From: Verrucomicrobiaceae bacterium | GTDB lineage: Bacteria; Verrucomicrobiota; Verrucomicrobiia; Verrucomicrobiales; V1-33 | Length of the DNA: 64,000 nucleotides | Reading direction: 5' to 3' | NCBI GenBank assembly: GCA_027486335.1 | Contig: JAIXPK010000220.1 | Span: forward strand, 5,620 to 69,619 | Shown here: positions 17,206 through 25,518 of the stretch, piece after piece | How the letters are laid out: every line of letters starts with the position of its first letter | Position numbering within the stretch: position 1 is the first letter of the stretch | Program-made: the position numbers and the translations under genes | The notes under the pieces: model-generated | Told to the model about the DNA's origin: nothing | The model's input: the letters and a program-made list of their open reading frames with translations, nothing else | Databases searched by the model: none

Positions 17206-18644
17206 TGTTCGGGAGATGGCTTCTGGTCGTGCGGGATGAGCGGCTTGGGATTTTCGACCTTGCCGAGCGGGCGGCAGCCTTGGCCGACGCCATCGCTGGC
17301 GAGGTCGGATTCGTTCGCGGCGATGATGGCTTTGATCTGGGCGACGACCTCGGGGTGAGCGGCGGCGACGTTGGAGGATTCGCTGAGGTCGGTGCGGAGA
17401 TTGTAGAGTTGGGGTTCGAAAGGTTTTGAGAGTTTTTTGTTGGCCGCGGGACTGCCTGCGGCGATGACGAGCTTCCAGTCGCCGAGGCGGACAGCGTTGA
17501 GATGGAGACCTTGATAGTAGAGGAAGGAATCGTGAGCGGGTTTGGCGTCGGGGGTGCCTGCGAGGTGGGGCCAGATGTCTGCGCCGTCGAGTTTGCGGTT
17601 GGGTGGGAGGGCGGCACCGGCGAGGGCGGCGAAGGTGGGGAGGATATCGAACATGCCGGTGATGGCGTCGGTGGAGGTGGCGGCGGGGATTTTACCGGGC
17701 CACCATGCGATGGTGGGGACGCGCATGCCGCCTTCGGTGGTGGAGCCCTTGTGGCCGCGGAGGGGAGTGTTGAGACCGCGGGGCGTGCCGCCGTTGTCGC
17801 TGGTGAAGATGACGAGCGTGTTGTCGGCGAGATGGTTTTCGCGGAGCGTGTCGAGGATGCGGCCGGTGCTCCAGTCGACTTCCTCGCACCAGTCCGAGTA
17901 GATCCCGTTAGGTGATCTGCCGGCCCATTTTTTGCCGGGGTAGATGGGGAAGTGGACGGCGTTGTGGGGGAGGTAGAGGAAGAAGGGTGAGGATTTGTGA
18001 TCGGAGATGAACCTGACGGCTTCGTCGGTGTAGATCTCGACGAGAGACTGCTGGTCGTCGGGGAGGACCCGTTTCACGACCGTGCCATTGCGGAGGAGCG
18101 GGAGAGGAGGCTGGCCTTTGCCGTTGCCTTTGGGGGTGGGGATGGGTTTGCCGAGATCGCTGCGGACCCCGTCGCTGACGGGGCCCATGTCGTTGGAGTA
18201 GGGGAGCCCGAAGTGGAGGTCGAAGCCCTGGGCGTTGGGGAGGAATTCCGGTTGGTCGCCGAGGTGCCATTTGCCGATGATGGCGGTGGTGTAGCCGGAT
18301 GGTTTGAGGACTTCGGCGACCGTGACCTCGTCAGGCGAGAGCCCGGTGGGGCCTTCGGGGAAGAGGACGTGGGGGATGGGCAGGGCGCGTTTTGGATAGG
18401 CTCCGGTCATGAGCGAGGCGCGGGAAGGCGAGCAGACCGGAGCGGCGTAGAAGCTGGTCAGCTTGCGGCCTTCCCTGGCCATGCGGTCGAGGTGGGGCGT
18501 GCGGTTGAGGGTTGAGCCGAACGGGCCGATGTCGGCGTAGCCGAGGTCGTCGATGCTGATGATGATGAAGTTAGGTTTTCCGGCGGCGGCGAGCGGGATG
18601 CCGGAGAGGGCGAAGGCGGCGAGGAAGTGGAAGAGAGGTTTCAT
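17202..18644 (-). CDS. Arylsulfatase-A-like sulfatase (Cys-type)
   Basis: Start trimmed to MKPLFHFLAAFALSGIPLAAA (residue 61 of the track ORF). FIIISIDDLGYADIG; CSPSRASLMTG; FTSDNGG. Confidence 0.9.
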   Translation of the reverse strand: MKPLFHFLAAFALSGIPLAAAGKPNFIIISIDDLGYADIGPFGSTLNRTPHLDRMAREGRKLTSFYAAPVCSPSRASLMTGAYPKRALPIPHVLFPEGPTGLSPDEVTVAEVLKPSGYTTAIIGKWHLGDQPEFLPNAQGFDLHFGLPYSNDMGPVSDGVRSDLGKPIPTPKGNGKGQPPLPLLRNGTVVKRVLPDDQQSLVEIYTDEAVRFISDHKSSPFFLYLPHNAVHFPIYPGKKWAGRSPNGIYSDWCEEVDWSTGRILDTLRENHLADNTLVIFTSDNGGTPRGLNTPLRGHKGSTTEGGMRVPTIAWWPGKIPAATSTDAITGMFDILPTFAALAGAALPPNRKLDGADIWPHLAGTPDAKPAHDSFLYYQGLHLNAVRLGDWKLVIAAGSPAANKKLSKPFEPQLYNLRTDLSESSNVAAAHPEVVAQIKAIIAANESDLASDGVGQGCRPLGKVENPKPLIPHDQKPSPEQ

Positions 18645-18666
18645 GATCGGGGGGAGGTGGTAGAGG

Positions 18667-19737
18667 TCAGGGCGAGGATTTCGGGAGGAGGGGCAGCATG
18701 GCTTTGCCGAGGGCGTCGCCGACGAGGAAGATGGTTTCAGCGTTTCCGAATTCGTGGTGGCCGTGGCCGGGGTTGGGGGAGTCCTCGGGTTTGCGGACGA
18801 AGGAGCGGGTTGGGGCGAAGGCAACCGAGTTGAAGTGGTAGTCCTTGCCGGTGAGGTCGACGACGGCCTGGCCTTCCATGTTGGACTGGCCGGCGAGGAT
18901 GAAGATTTTGAGAGGAAGTTTGGTGGGTGAGGCTTTGAGCCAGCCCAGGGAGACGAGGAACTGGATCGTTTCCCTTGTGGTCTGGGAGAGATAGGATTCC
19001 TTGTTGAAGAAGCCGTGACCGGCGCCGGGATAGACGTGGGCGTCGCAGCGTGCGCCGGAGGTTTTCATGGCGGCTTCGTATTCGCGGAGGACGGGGACGC
19101 CGATGAGTTTGTCGGCGTCGCCGAGGAAGACGCAGGTGGGGGGAGCGGCTTTGGAGATGTGGTGGGCGGGGGAGAATTCGCGGTAGCGATTGCCGAGCCG
19201 CTGGTGGCCCCATTGGCCGGGGCCGTTGTTGAAGACCGGGTTGAAGAGGATGAGGGCGTCGGGTTTGCAGGAGATGGACTTATCGTCGGCGGGGTCGTCG
19301 AGGCTGGGGACGAGGGCGGTGAAGGCGGCTAGGTGGCCTCCGGCCGATCCGCCTGCGGCGGCGATGCGGGTTGGGTCGATGCCGAGGTCGGCGGCGTGAC
19401 TGCGGACGAAGCGCATGGCTGATTTGGCGTCGGCGCAGCAGACGACGGGAGGGCCGGGATCGCCTTTGGGGATAGTGCGGTACTCGACGCGGATGCCGAC
19501 GGCGCCTTGATCGGCTAGGGATTTGCTTTGAGGGAGAAACTGCTCGGCGGAACCGCCGACCCAGCCGCCGCCGAAGAAGAAGACGACGGCGGGGCGTTTG
19601 TCTGTGGGTTTCCAGTCGGAGGGTTTCTCGACGTGGAGGTGGAGCTGGCGGTTGTCGGTGGATTTGTAGACGATGGATTCGGCGGCCGTGAGGGGGGCGG
19701 CGGCGAGGAGGAGGAAGATGAAGAGACGACGGAGCAT
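18667..19737 (-). CDS. Alpha/beta-hydrolase esterase with short C-terminal GQSNMEG (SASA/DUF303-like) appendage
   Basis: Start trimmed to MLRRLFIFLLLAAAPLTA. AVVFFFGGGWVGGS oxyanion-type motif; nucleophile elbow GGSAGGHLA. The last ~85 aa begin LKIFILAGQSNMEGQ. Confidence 0.8.
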   Translation of the reverse strand: MLRRLFIFLLLAAAPLTAAESIVYKSTDNRQLHLHVEKPSDWKPTDKRPAVVFFFGGGWVGGSAEQFLPQSKSLADQGAVGIRVEYRTIPKGDPGPPVVCCADAKSAMRFVRSHAADLGIDPTRIAAAGGSAGGHLAAFTALVPSLDDPADDKSISCKPDALILFNPVFNNGPGQWGHQRLGNRYREFSPAHHISKAAPPTCVFLGDADKLIGVPVLREYEAAMKTSGARCDAHVYPGAGHGFFNKESYLSQTTRETIQFLVSLGWLKASPTKLPLKIFILAGQSNMEGQAVVDLTGKDYHFNSVAFAPTRSFVRKPEDSPNPGHGHHEFGNAETIFLVGDALGKAMLPLLPKSSP

Positions 19738-19747
19738 GGCGGCGGGG

Positions 19748-21166
19748 TCAGTTAGGGGCGGTCGACGGATTGGCGTCGGGAGGTTTGGGGGTGGGGCGCC
19801 TGGGTTTCGGGCGGTTGCGCTGATTGGCGCCGCCGGGGCCCCAGTCTTCGTTTTTGACCGAGCTGCCGGGGAAGACCGGGTCGATGAGTTCGCGGTTCCA
19901 CGAGTCGAGAGTGGCGGAGAGACGAGTGACGACGTCGGCGTGCTGGGCGGCGACGTCTTTGGATTCGGAGGAGTCGGATGCGAGGTCGTAGAGTTCGGGT
20001 GGGGTGTTGCCGGTGCGGATGAGCTTCCAGTTGCCGTCGCGGATGGCGAGGGACTGTTTGCCGTGCATGCGCCATGTGAGGTGAGTGTGGGGTGGGGTGG
20101 AGACCTCGCCGGCGAGATGGGGGATGAGGTTGACCCCGTCGAGTTTGCGGTCGGTGGGCATGGGGATGTCAGCGGCGGCGAGGGCGGAGGGGAGGACATC
20201 GAGCGAGGAGACCGGGTGGTGGTAGTGCTTGCCGGCCGGGAGTTTTGCGGGCCAACTGACGAGGAAGGGGACGCGGACGCCGCCTTCGTAGAGCGTGCCT
20301 TTCATGGCGCGGAGAGGGGAGTTGTCGGATCCGCTGGGTGTGTGGCCGCCGTTGTCGCTGAAAAAGAATGTCAGGGTGTGGTCGCGCTGGTTAGAATCGG
20401 CGAGGGCGGAGGTGACGAGACCGATGGCGTCGTCGAGGAGACTGAGTTGGGCGAGGTATTTGCGGCGCTGAGGGTTGGGGATGTGGGAGAATTTTTCGAG
20501 ACGGTCGGGAGAAGGTTCGTGGGGAGTGTGCGGGGCGTTGAAGGGGAGGTAGAGCATCCATGGGTGGTCCTTGTGGGAGCGGATGAAGGCGGCGGCGGCG
20601 TTGCCGAAGGCGAGCGTGAGGTGTGGGGGGACGTCGGTGGTGGGTTTGCCGTCGCGGATGAGAGGGAGCGAGTACTGGCGTTCGTCGGGCAGCCAGTTGG
20701 TGAAACGGTGACCGCCGCCGATGAAGCCGAAGGATTCGTCGAATCCGCGGGCCCATGGGACGAAGGCGGGGGCTGAGCCGAGATGCCATTTGCCGATCCA
20801 GCCTGTGTGATAGCCGGCGCGTTTGAGGAATTGGGGGAGGATGGTTTCGGTGAGAGGAAGGCCTTCCTTGTTATCTAGCGGGTCGTAGACGGGATTGTTA
20901 TCGTGGCCGAAGCGTGCCTGGTAGCGGCCGGTGAGGAGACCCGCGCGGGAGGGCGAGCAGACTGGATAGGTGACGTAGCCGCTGGTGCAGGTGATGCCGG
21001 ATTTGGCGAGTGCGTCGAGATGGGGTGTGATGGCGACCTTGCTGCCCTGGAAGCCGGCGTCGGCGTAGCCGTGGTCGTCGCTGACGATGATGAGGATGTT
21101 GGGATGCCTCGCGGTGGCGGTGGCGATGATGGCGCCGAGGGTGCAGAGGATGAGGAGGCGAGTCAT
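19748..21166 (-). CDS. Sulfatase (Cys-type)
   Basis: Start trimmed to MTRLLILCTLGAIIATATA. ILIIVSDDHGYADAG; CSPSRAGLLTGRYQARFG; FFSDNGGH. Confidence 0.9.
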   Translation of the reverse strand: MTRLLILCTLGAIIATATARHPNILIIVSDDHGYADAGFQGSKVAITPHLDALAKSGITCTSGYVTYPVCSPSRAGLLTGRYQARFGHDNNPVYDPLDNKEGLPLTETILPQFLKRAGYHTGWIGKWHLGSAPAFVPWARGFDESFGFIGGGHRFTNWLPDERQYSLPLIRDGKPTTDVPPHLTLAFGNAAAAFIRSHKDHPWMLYLPFNAPHTPHEPSPDRLEKFSHIPNPQRRKYLAQLSLLDDAIGLVTSALADSNQRDHTLTFFFSDNGGHTPSGSDNSPLRAMKGTLYEGGVRVPFLVSWPAKLPAGKHYHHPVSSLDVLPSALAAADIPMPTDRKLDGVNLIPHLAGEVSTPPHTHLTWRMHGKQSLAIRDGNWKLIRTGNTPPELYDLASDSSESKDVAAQHADVVTRLSATLDSWNRELIDPVFPGSSVKNEDWGPGGANQRNRPKPRRPTPKPPDANPSTAPN

Positions 21167-21304
21167 GGCCGGGAGATGATGTGGGGGGGCGACGAGGGCG
21201 CGATGATGGCGGGCGGAGATGGGGGTTTCGAGACATTTTTCCGGCGGGAGGTGGGCATTGCAATTGCCGGGAGGGTCCATGTCGGCGGGTGTGGGTGCGG
21301 GGGA

Positions 21305-22033
21305 TCAACTGAGGACCTCGATGAGATAGGCGAGTTCGGAGGCGACGTCGTCGGATGACGGGACGGTCTGGGCGATTTCGGTTTCTACGGCGGAGCGGAA
21401 GGCTTTGCGGAGCCTGTGGATGGCTACTTTGACGGCTCCGGTGGTGATGCCGAGAGAGGCGGCGGCGTCGGATTGGGAGAGGTTTTCGGAGTCGCCGACG
21501 AGCCATGGTTTGAGGGCCTCGAACTGCGGGCCTTTGCCGGCCTGTTCGAAGGATGACTGGACGGCGGAGAGACTGCGGTCCATGATGGCGAGGGCCCATT
21601 CGCGGTCGAACCATTTGTCGGCGAAGGCTGCGGAGGGATCGGGGATTTGAGGGGGTGGCGAGCCGTCGGTGGGTGGAGCGTCGAGGGAATCGGTGACGGC
21701 GTCGCCTGCGCGTTTGAGGCGGCTGGCGAGGCGACGTTGATCTGCGAGGAAGTGTTTGAGAGCGCCGAGCAGGTAGGAGCGGAAGCGGCCTTTGGCGGGG
21801 TCCGGGTTGCCGATGCCGCCGCGGGCGAGGATACGGGCGAAGAATTCCTGGGTGAGATCGCGGCTGAGGTCGTCGGAGCGGCCTTCGCGTCGGAGGAAGA
21901 GGAAGACTGGGTTCCAGTAGGCGGCGCAGAGTTCGCTGAGGGCGAGGCGGGATTCGGGGGAATCGCCCTGAGCTTTGATGACGAGCGTCCAGCGGGTGGC
22001 GGTGAAGTTGGAGACGGAGGAGGAAGCGGTCAT
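21305..22033 (-). CDS. ECF-type sigma-70 family factor (kinase-associated class)
   Basis: Start trimmed to MTASSSVSNFTATRWTLV. Region 2 (LTQEFFARIL, FRSYLLGALKHF). Region 4 HTH (SQSDAAASLGITTGAVKVAIHRLRKAF). It lies 20 nt downstream of a Ser/Thr kinase gene. Confidence 0.85.
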   Translation of the reverse strand: MTASSSVSNFTATRWTLVIKAQGDSPESRLALSELCAAYWNPVFLFLRREGRSDDLSRDLTQEFFARILARGGIGNPDPAKGRFRSYLLGALKHFLADQRRLASRLKRAGDAVTDSLDAPPTDGSPPPQIPDPSAAFADKWFDREWALAIMDRSLSAVQSSFEQAGKGPQFEALKPWLVGDSENLSQSDAAASLGITTGAVKVAIHRLRKAFRSAVETEIAQTVPSSDDVASELAYLIEVLS

Positions 22034-22053
22034 GGGGGTGGCTGATGATCCGG

Positions 22054-24021
22054 TTAGGGTGCTGGGTCGGGTGGTGGCGGGGAGGCGACCGTTTCGAGGT
22101 AGAGCGACTCGAGTTTTTTGCCGTACCAGTTGGAGCGGGAGGCGAGTTCGGCTCGCTCCTTGAGGCCCTGGGTGAGCTGGAGGTGAGCTGAGTCCGAGGA
22201 GGTGAACGTCCATGGGTCGTCGAGCTGGATGGTTTTTCTGCTGGTGGATCCTGAGGGGGAGTGATGGGAGATCTCGATCTGCTGGTGGGCGTTGTTTTTC
22301 CAGCGATCGGTCGTGAGGACGATGAGACTGGCGATGAGTGGCGAGCTGGGGGGAGCGAAGATGCGGCCGTTGATGTTCATGGGGGATTCGTGGCCGTCGG
22401 TGCTGACGCGGATGAGTTGGTAGGAGAGGGAGGTTCCGGGTGGGAGGGAGATATCCATGGCCATGCGAGTGCCGGATGGGTGGAAGTAGGTGTCGTTAGA
22501 AGAGCGGACCTTGAGGAGATAGGCGGTGGAGCAGATGAGGGCGAGGGAGGCGGCGGTGGCGAATGGCCAGATGCGGGGGCGGGTGGGGGCGGCGGATGGG
22601 GGGCGTGCGGACATGCTGCGGAAGAGACCTGCGATCGTGGTGATGCCGAGACTGCCGGCGACGACGAGCAGGGCGACGAGGAGCAGGCGCGAGACGGTGC
22701 CGACGGCGTTGTCGGCGAACGCGGTGGCGATGGCGAAGGCGAGCATGAGGGCGACGACGATGGCGGGCCATGCGAGGGCGCTGATGATCGACCGTTTGAG
22801 GCCTGCGGGATTGCTATCCGGGGTGCGAAGGAGGCGGAGGGCGCGGAGGGCGAGGATGGTACCGGGTATGGCGGTGATGGCGATGAGGAAGAGGGAGAGG
22901 GCGACGATGGGGAGGGGACTGACGGGGATGGGCGTGTCGGACTGGTTGATGGATTCGATCTGATAGATGGGGATGGCTCCGAGGGCTGCGATGATGAGGC
23001 TGAGGGCGGTGCAGAGGAGCGCGGTGTTGGCGAGGCGCGTGGTCTTGCGGTCGGGAGGAGCGGGGTTTGAGGGTGGTGCGGTGCGGGTGGCGGCGTCGAC
23101 GTGGGTTTTCAGTTGCTGGACGTCCTTGAAGCGGGCGTCGCGTTCGCGTTCGAGGGTGCGCATGACGATTTCGTCGATGCGGGCGTCGGCGGTGGATTTT
23201 TCCGAGGGTGGTTTGAAGCGACCGATGGGGAGTTCGCCGGTGAGCAGTTCGTAGAGAACGACGCCGAGCGAGTAGATATCGGCGCGATGGTCGATGCGGG
23301 CTGGGGAGTCGAATTGTTCCGGGGCCATGTAGTGCATGCTGCCGAGGATGGCGCCGTTGGCGGTTAGGGTTGCGTGATCGTTGCCGTGATCGCCGATGAG
23401 TTTGGCGATGCCGAAGTCGGCGATTTTCACGTGGCCTGAGTGGTCGATGAGGATGTTTTCCGGTTTGATGTCGCGGTGGAGGATGCCCTGGGAGTGGGCG
23501 AATTCGAGGGCGGAGCAGATTTCCCTGGTGACGGCTAGTGCGTCCATGGGGGAGAAGCCGCCGGACTGCATGGCCTGGCGCAGATTGACGCCATCGACGA
23601 ATTCCATGAGCAGGTAGGCGAAGGAGCCCGCGGTGCCGCTGTCGAAGATGGTGACGATGCCTGTGTGGTTGAGGCGTCCGAGGACTCGGGCTTCGCGTTC
23701 GAAGCGTTCGAGGAATGCGGGGTCGTCGGCGAGGGAGCGGGAGAGGATTTTGAGGGCGACGAGGCGTCCGAGATTGATCTGGCGTGCCTTGTAGACGGCT
23801 CCCATGCCGCCGATGCCGATGAGATCGAGGATTTCAAGGTCTGGGAAGTGGGGGGCGAGGTCGTGCGTGGAGGGAGGAGGACCCTGAGATGTGAGAGGGG
23901 AGGGAGGGCCTGCGTCGGTGGCGACGGCGAGGAGCAGGCATTTCGGGCAGAGACCCTGCGGTGCGCCTGGGGTGATGGGGGCGCGGCATTTCGGGCAGAG
24001 GGGGCTGGATGGAGAGGCCAT
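22054..24021 (-). CDS. Membrane Ser/Thr protein kinase with N-terminal zinc-ribbon
   Basis: CPKCRAPITPGAPQGLCPKCLL; glycine loop IGIGGMGAVYKA; HRDIKPENIL; DFGIAK. Several TM helices follow, then a ~170-aa C-terminal domain. The start is taken at MASPSS (24021). Confidence 0.85.
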   Translation of the reverse strand: MASPSSPLCPKCRAPITPGAPQGLCPKCLLLAVATDAGPPSPLTSQGPPPSTHDLAPHFPDLEILDLIGIGGMGAVYKARQINLGRLVALKILSRSLADDPAFLERFEREARVLGRLNHTGIVTIFDSGTAGSFAYLLMEFVDGVNLRQAMQSGGFSPMDALAVTREICSALEFAHSQGILHRDIKPENILIDHSGHVKIADFGIAKLIGDHGNDHATLTANGAILGSMHYMAPEQFDSPARIDHRADIYSLGVVLYELLTGELPIGRFKPPSEKSTADARIDEIVMRTLERERDARFKDVQQLKTHVDAATRTAPPSNPAPPDRKTTRLANTALLCTALSLIIAALGAIPIYQIESINQSDTPIPVSPLPIVALSLFLIAITAIPGTILALRALRLLRTPDSNPAGLKRSIISALAWPAIVVALMLAFAIATAFADNAVGTVSRLLLVALLVVAGSLGITTIAGLFRSMSARPPSAAPTRPRIWPFATAASLALICSTAYLLKVRSSNDTYFHPSGTRMAMDISLPPGTSLSYQLIRVSTDGHESPMNINGRIFAPPSSPLIASLIVLTTDRWKNNAHQQIEISHHSPSGSTSRKTIQLDDPWTFTSSDSAHLQLTQGLKERAELASRSNWYGKKLESLYLETVASPPPPDPAP

Positions 24022-24040
24022 GGTGGTGCGACTGCTAGGG

Positions 24041-24490
24041 TTACTTTTCGGCCAGTTTCCATGCATTGAGTGATCTGACGACTTTGAGGGGGGGCAGGGA
24101 TTTGTCTTTGAATGTGGCGGTGACGGTACCGGAGTTGGCATCGCCGGTGAAGGTGAAAGTGAAATCGACTGGCGACCATGAACCGAAGGCCTTGTCGAAG
24201 CCGAGTTTGTATTGATCGAGCCACTTTGAGGCGGTGGTGGCGGAGAGGCCCATTTTGCGGGTGGTTGGCTGGTCCCAGCACTGGAGGAACAGGGAGGTGT
24301 TGGAGTCTTTCACGGACTGGAGGAGGGCGGCGACGGGGATGGCCTGTTCGATGGTTTCCGGATGTTTGGCGGGGGTGGTTTTGGATGGTTCGGCGGGTGG
24401 ATTGGACGATTGAGGTGCGGCTGTGGCGGGGATGGCGCTGGCGAGCGCGATGAGGAGGATGAGGGAGGCGGAGGAGTGATGGGATTTCAT
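24041..24490 (-). CDS. Small secreted protein, unknown function (first gene of the kinase-sigma operon)
   Basis: Signal peptide MKSHHSSASLILLIALASAIPATAAP. 149 aa. Its stop lies 19 nt upstream of the kinase ATG. Confidence 0.6.
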   Translation of the reverse strand: MKSHHSSASLILLIALASAIPATAAPQSSNPPAEPSKTTPAKHPETIEQAIPVAALLQSVKDSNTSLFLQCWDQPTTRKMGLSATTASKWLDQYKLGFDKAFGSWSPVDFTFTFTGDANSGTVTATFKDKSLPPLKVVRSLNAWKLAEK

Positions 24491-24520
24491 GGATTGGTGA
24501 TGGTTGTGAGCGTATGATTG

Positions 24521-24730
24521 GGCTCATCCATTACCTGAGCTGTGGGGGCGTGGAGGTTACAAGGATTCTGGTTTTGGGGAGTGGATTGGGGTTTGGTGTG
24601 CGGGGAGGGGAGCGGTTGGCTCGGTCATGAGGCCCGGGATGGCATACTGGGGCTTTGGCTGTGGGGTCGCAGGCAGGATGCCCGTGGCACTTTGCTTGTT
24701 GCGAGTCTGATAGCAAAGGAGGCGTGTTTA
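24521..24730. repeat. ~210-bp intergenic module, copy A (contains one REP family-B hairpin)
   Basis: Aligns base-for-base at roughly 85% identity by eye with 25207-25415. Both start ggctcatccatt..gagctg.gggggcgtggaggtt and end gcaggatgcccgtg.cac.ttgcttgttgcgagtctga. Confidence 0.85.
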
Positions 24731-24771
24731 TCTCGGGAGGGGGTGGCGAGCGGAGGCGTTGGTCTTGCTTG

Positions 24772-25200
24772 ATGAAATCGATGTCGGCGGCTAATGATGG
24801 TAGGAAAATGGAACCTATCCTGATCATCTTCCTCTTTTTCCTGATCCTTGCCGGGCTGATTGTTCGTGTTGCCAGAGCTGAATCGCGCAAAGGACGAATT
24901 GTTGCCGGGGCGGCGGCGCTGGGGTGGTCGGGGTTGATGTTCGTGGCGGCCGGGGCGGTTGAGTCATTCAATCTGAATATCTGGTACAGCCAGTCGGCAG
25001 ACGACCTTCTGGAGGCGACCGTGGGGGCAATTGAGGCGGGGAAGGGCGATGAGGCTGCGAGTGAGCTGGCGGCGATGCGGTCGAGGCTGCAGGTGATGTA
25101 TGAAGGCCGCGGCAATTTCAAGGTGCTTGCTGAGGAGACGACGCGGCGATTGAGGGGGTTGGCCGGAGCGAAGCGGGAGGTGAAGGGGGCGTCGCCGTAG
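24772..25200 (+). CDS. Small two-TM membrane protein, unknown function
   Basis: EPILIIFLFFLILAGLIVRVA and AAALGWSGLMFVAAGAV hydrophobic helices, then a helical tail. The ATG at 24772 is chosen (24808 is also possible); the upstream part of the track ORF lies in repeat copy A. Confidence 0.5.
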   Translation: MKSMSAANDGRKMEPILIIFLFFLILAGLIVRVARAESRKGRIVAGAAALGWSGLMFVAAGAVESFNLNIWYSQSADDLLEATVGAIEAGKGDEAASELAAMRSRLQVMYEGRGNFKVLAEETTRRLRGLAGAKREVKGASP

Positions 25201-25206
25201 GAGGAT

Positions 25207-25415
25207 GGCTCATCCATTCGTTGAGCTGCGGGGGCGTGGAGGTTCAAGGGATTCTGGTTTTGGGGAGGGGATTGGGGGTTTGGTGTGCGGGGAGGGGAGC
25301 GGTGGGTTCGGTCATAATGGCCGGGCTTCCATGCTGGGGCTTGGGCTTTGGGGTCACAGGCAGGATGCCCGTGCCACCTTGCTTGTTGCGAGTCTGACGG
25401 AAAAGGAGGCTTGTT
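25207..25415. repeat. ~210-bp intergenic module, copy B
   Basis: See copy A. It starts 7 nt after the stop of the small membrane protein gene. Confidence 0.85.
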
Positions 25416-25518
25416 CTGCGAGGTGGGATCTCGTGAAGGAGAGGGGGGAACGCAGAACGCCGGCCTTTGTGGGGCCGGCGTTCGCGGAGTTTGAGGGTGT
25501 GGTACGACCTCGAGGAGG

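Noticed and set aside
11812-21300. Genomic island integrated at the tmRNA gene.
   Set aside because: I found no integrase or recombinase gene and no second copy of the ssrA 3' end (ttcaattcccgtcgcctcc) in the window, and the sulfatase genes have host-like high GC.
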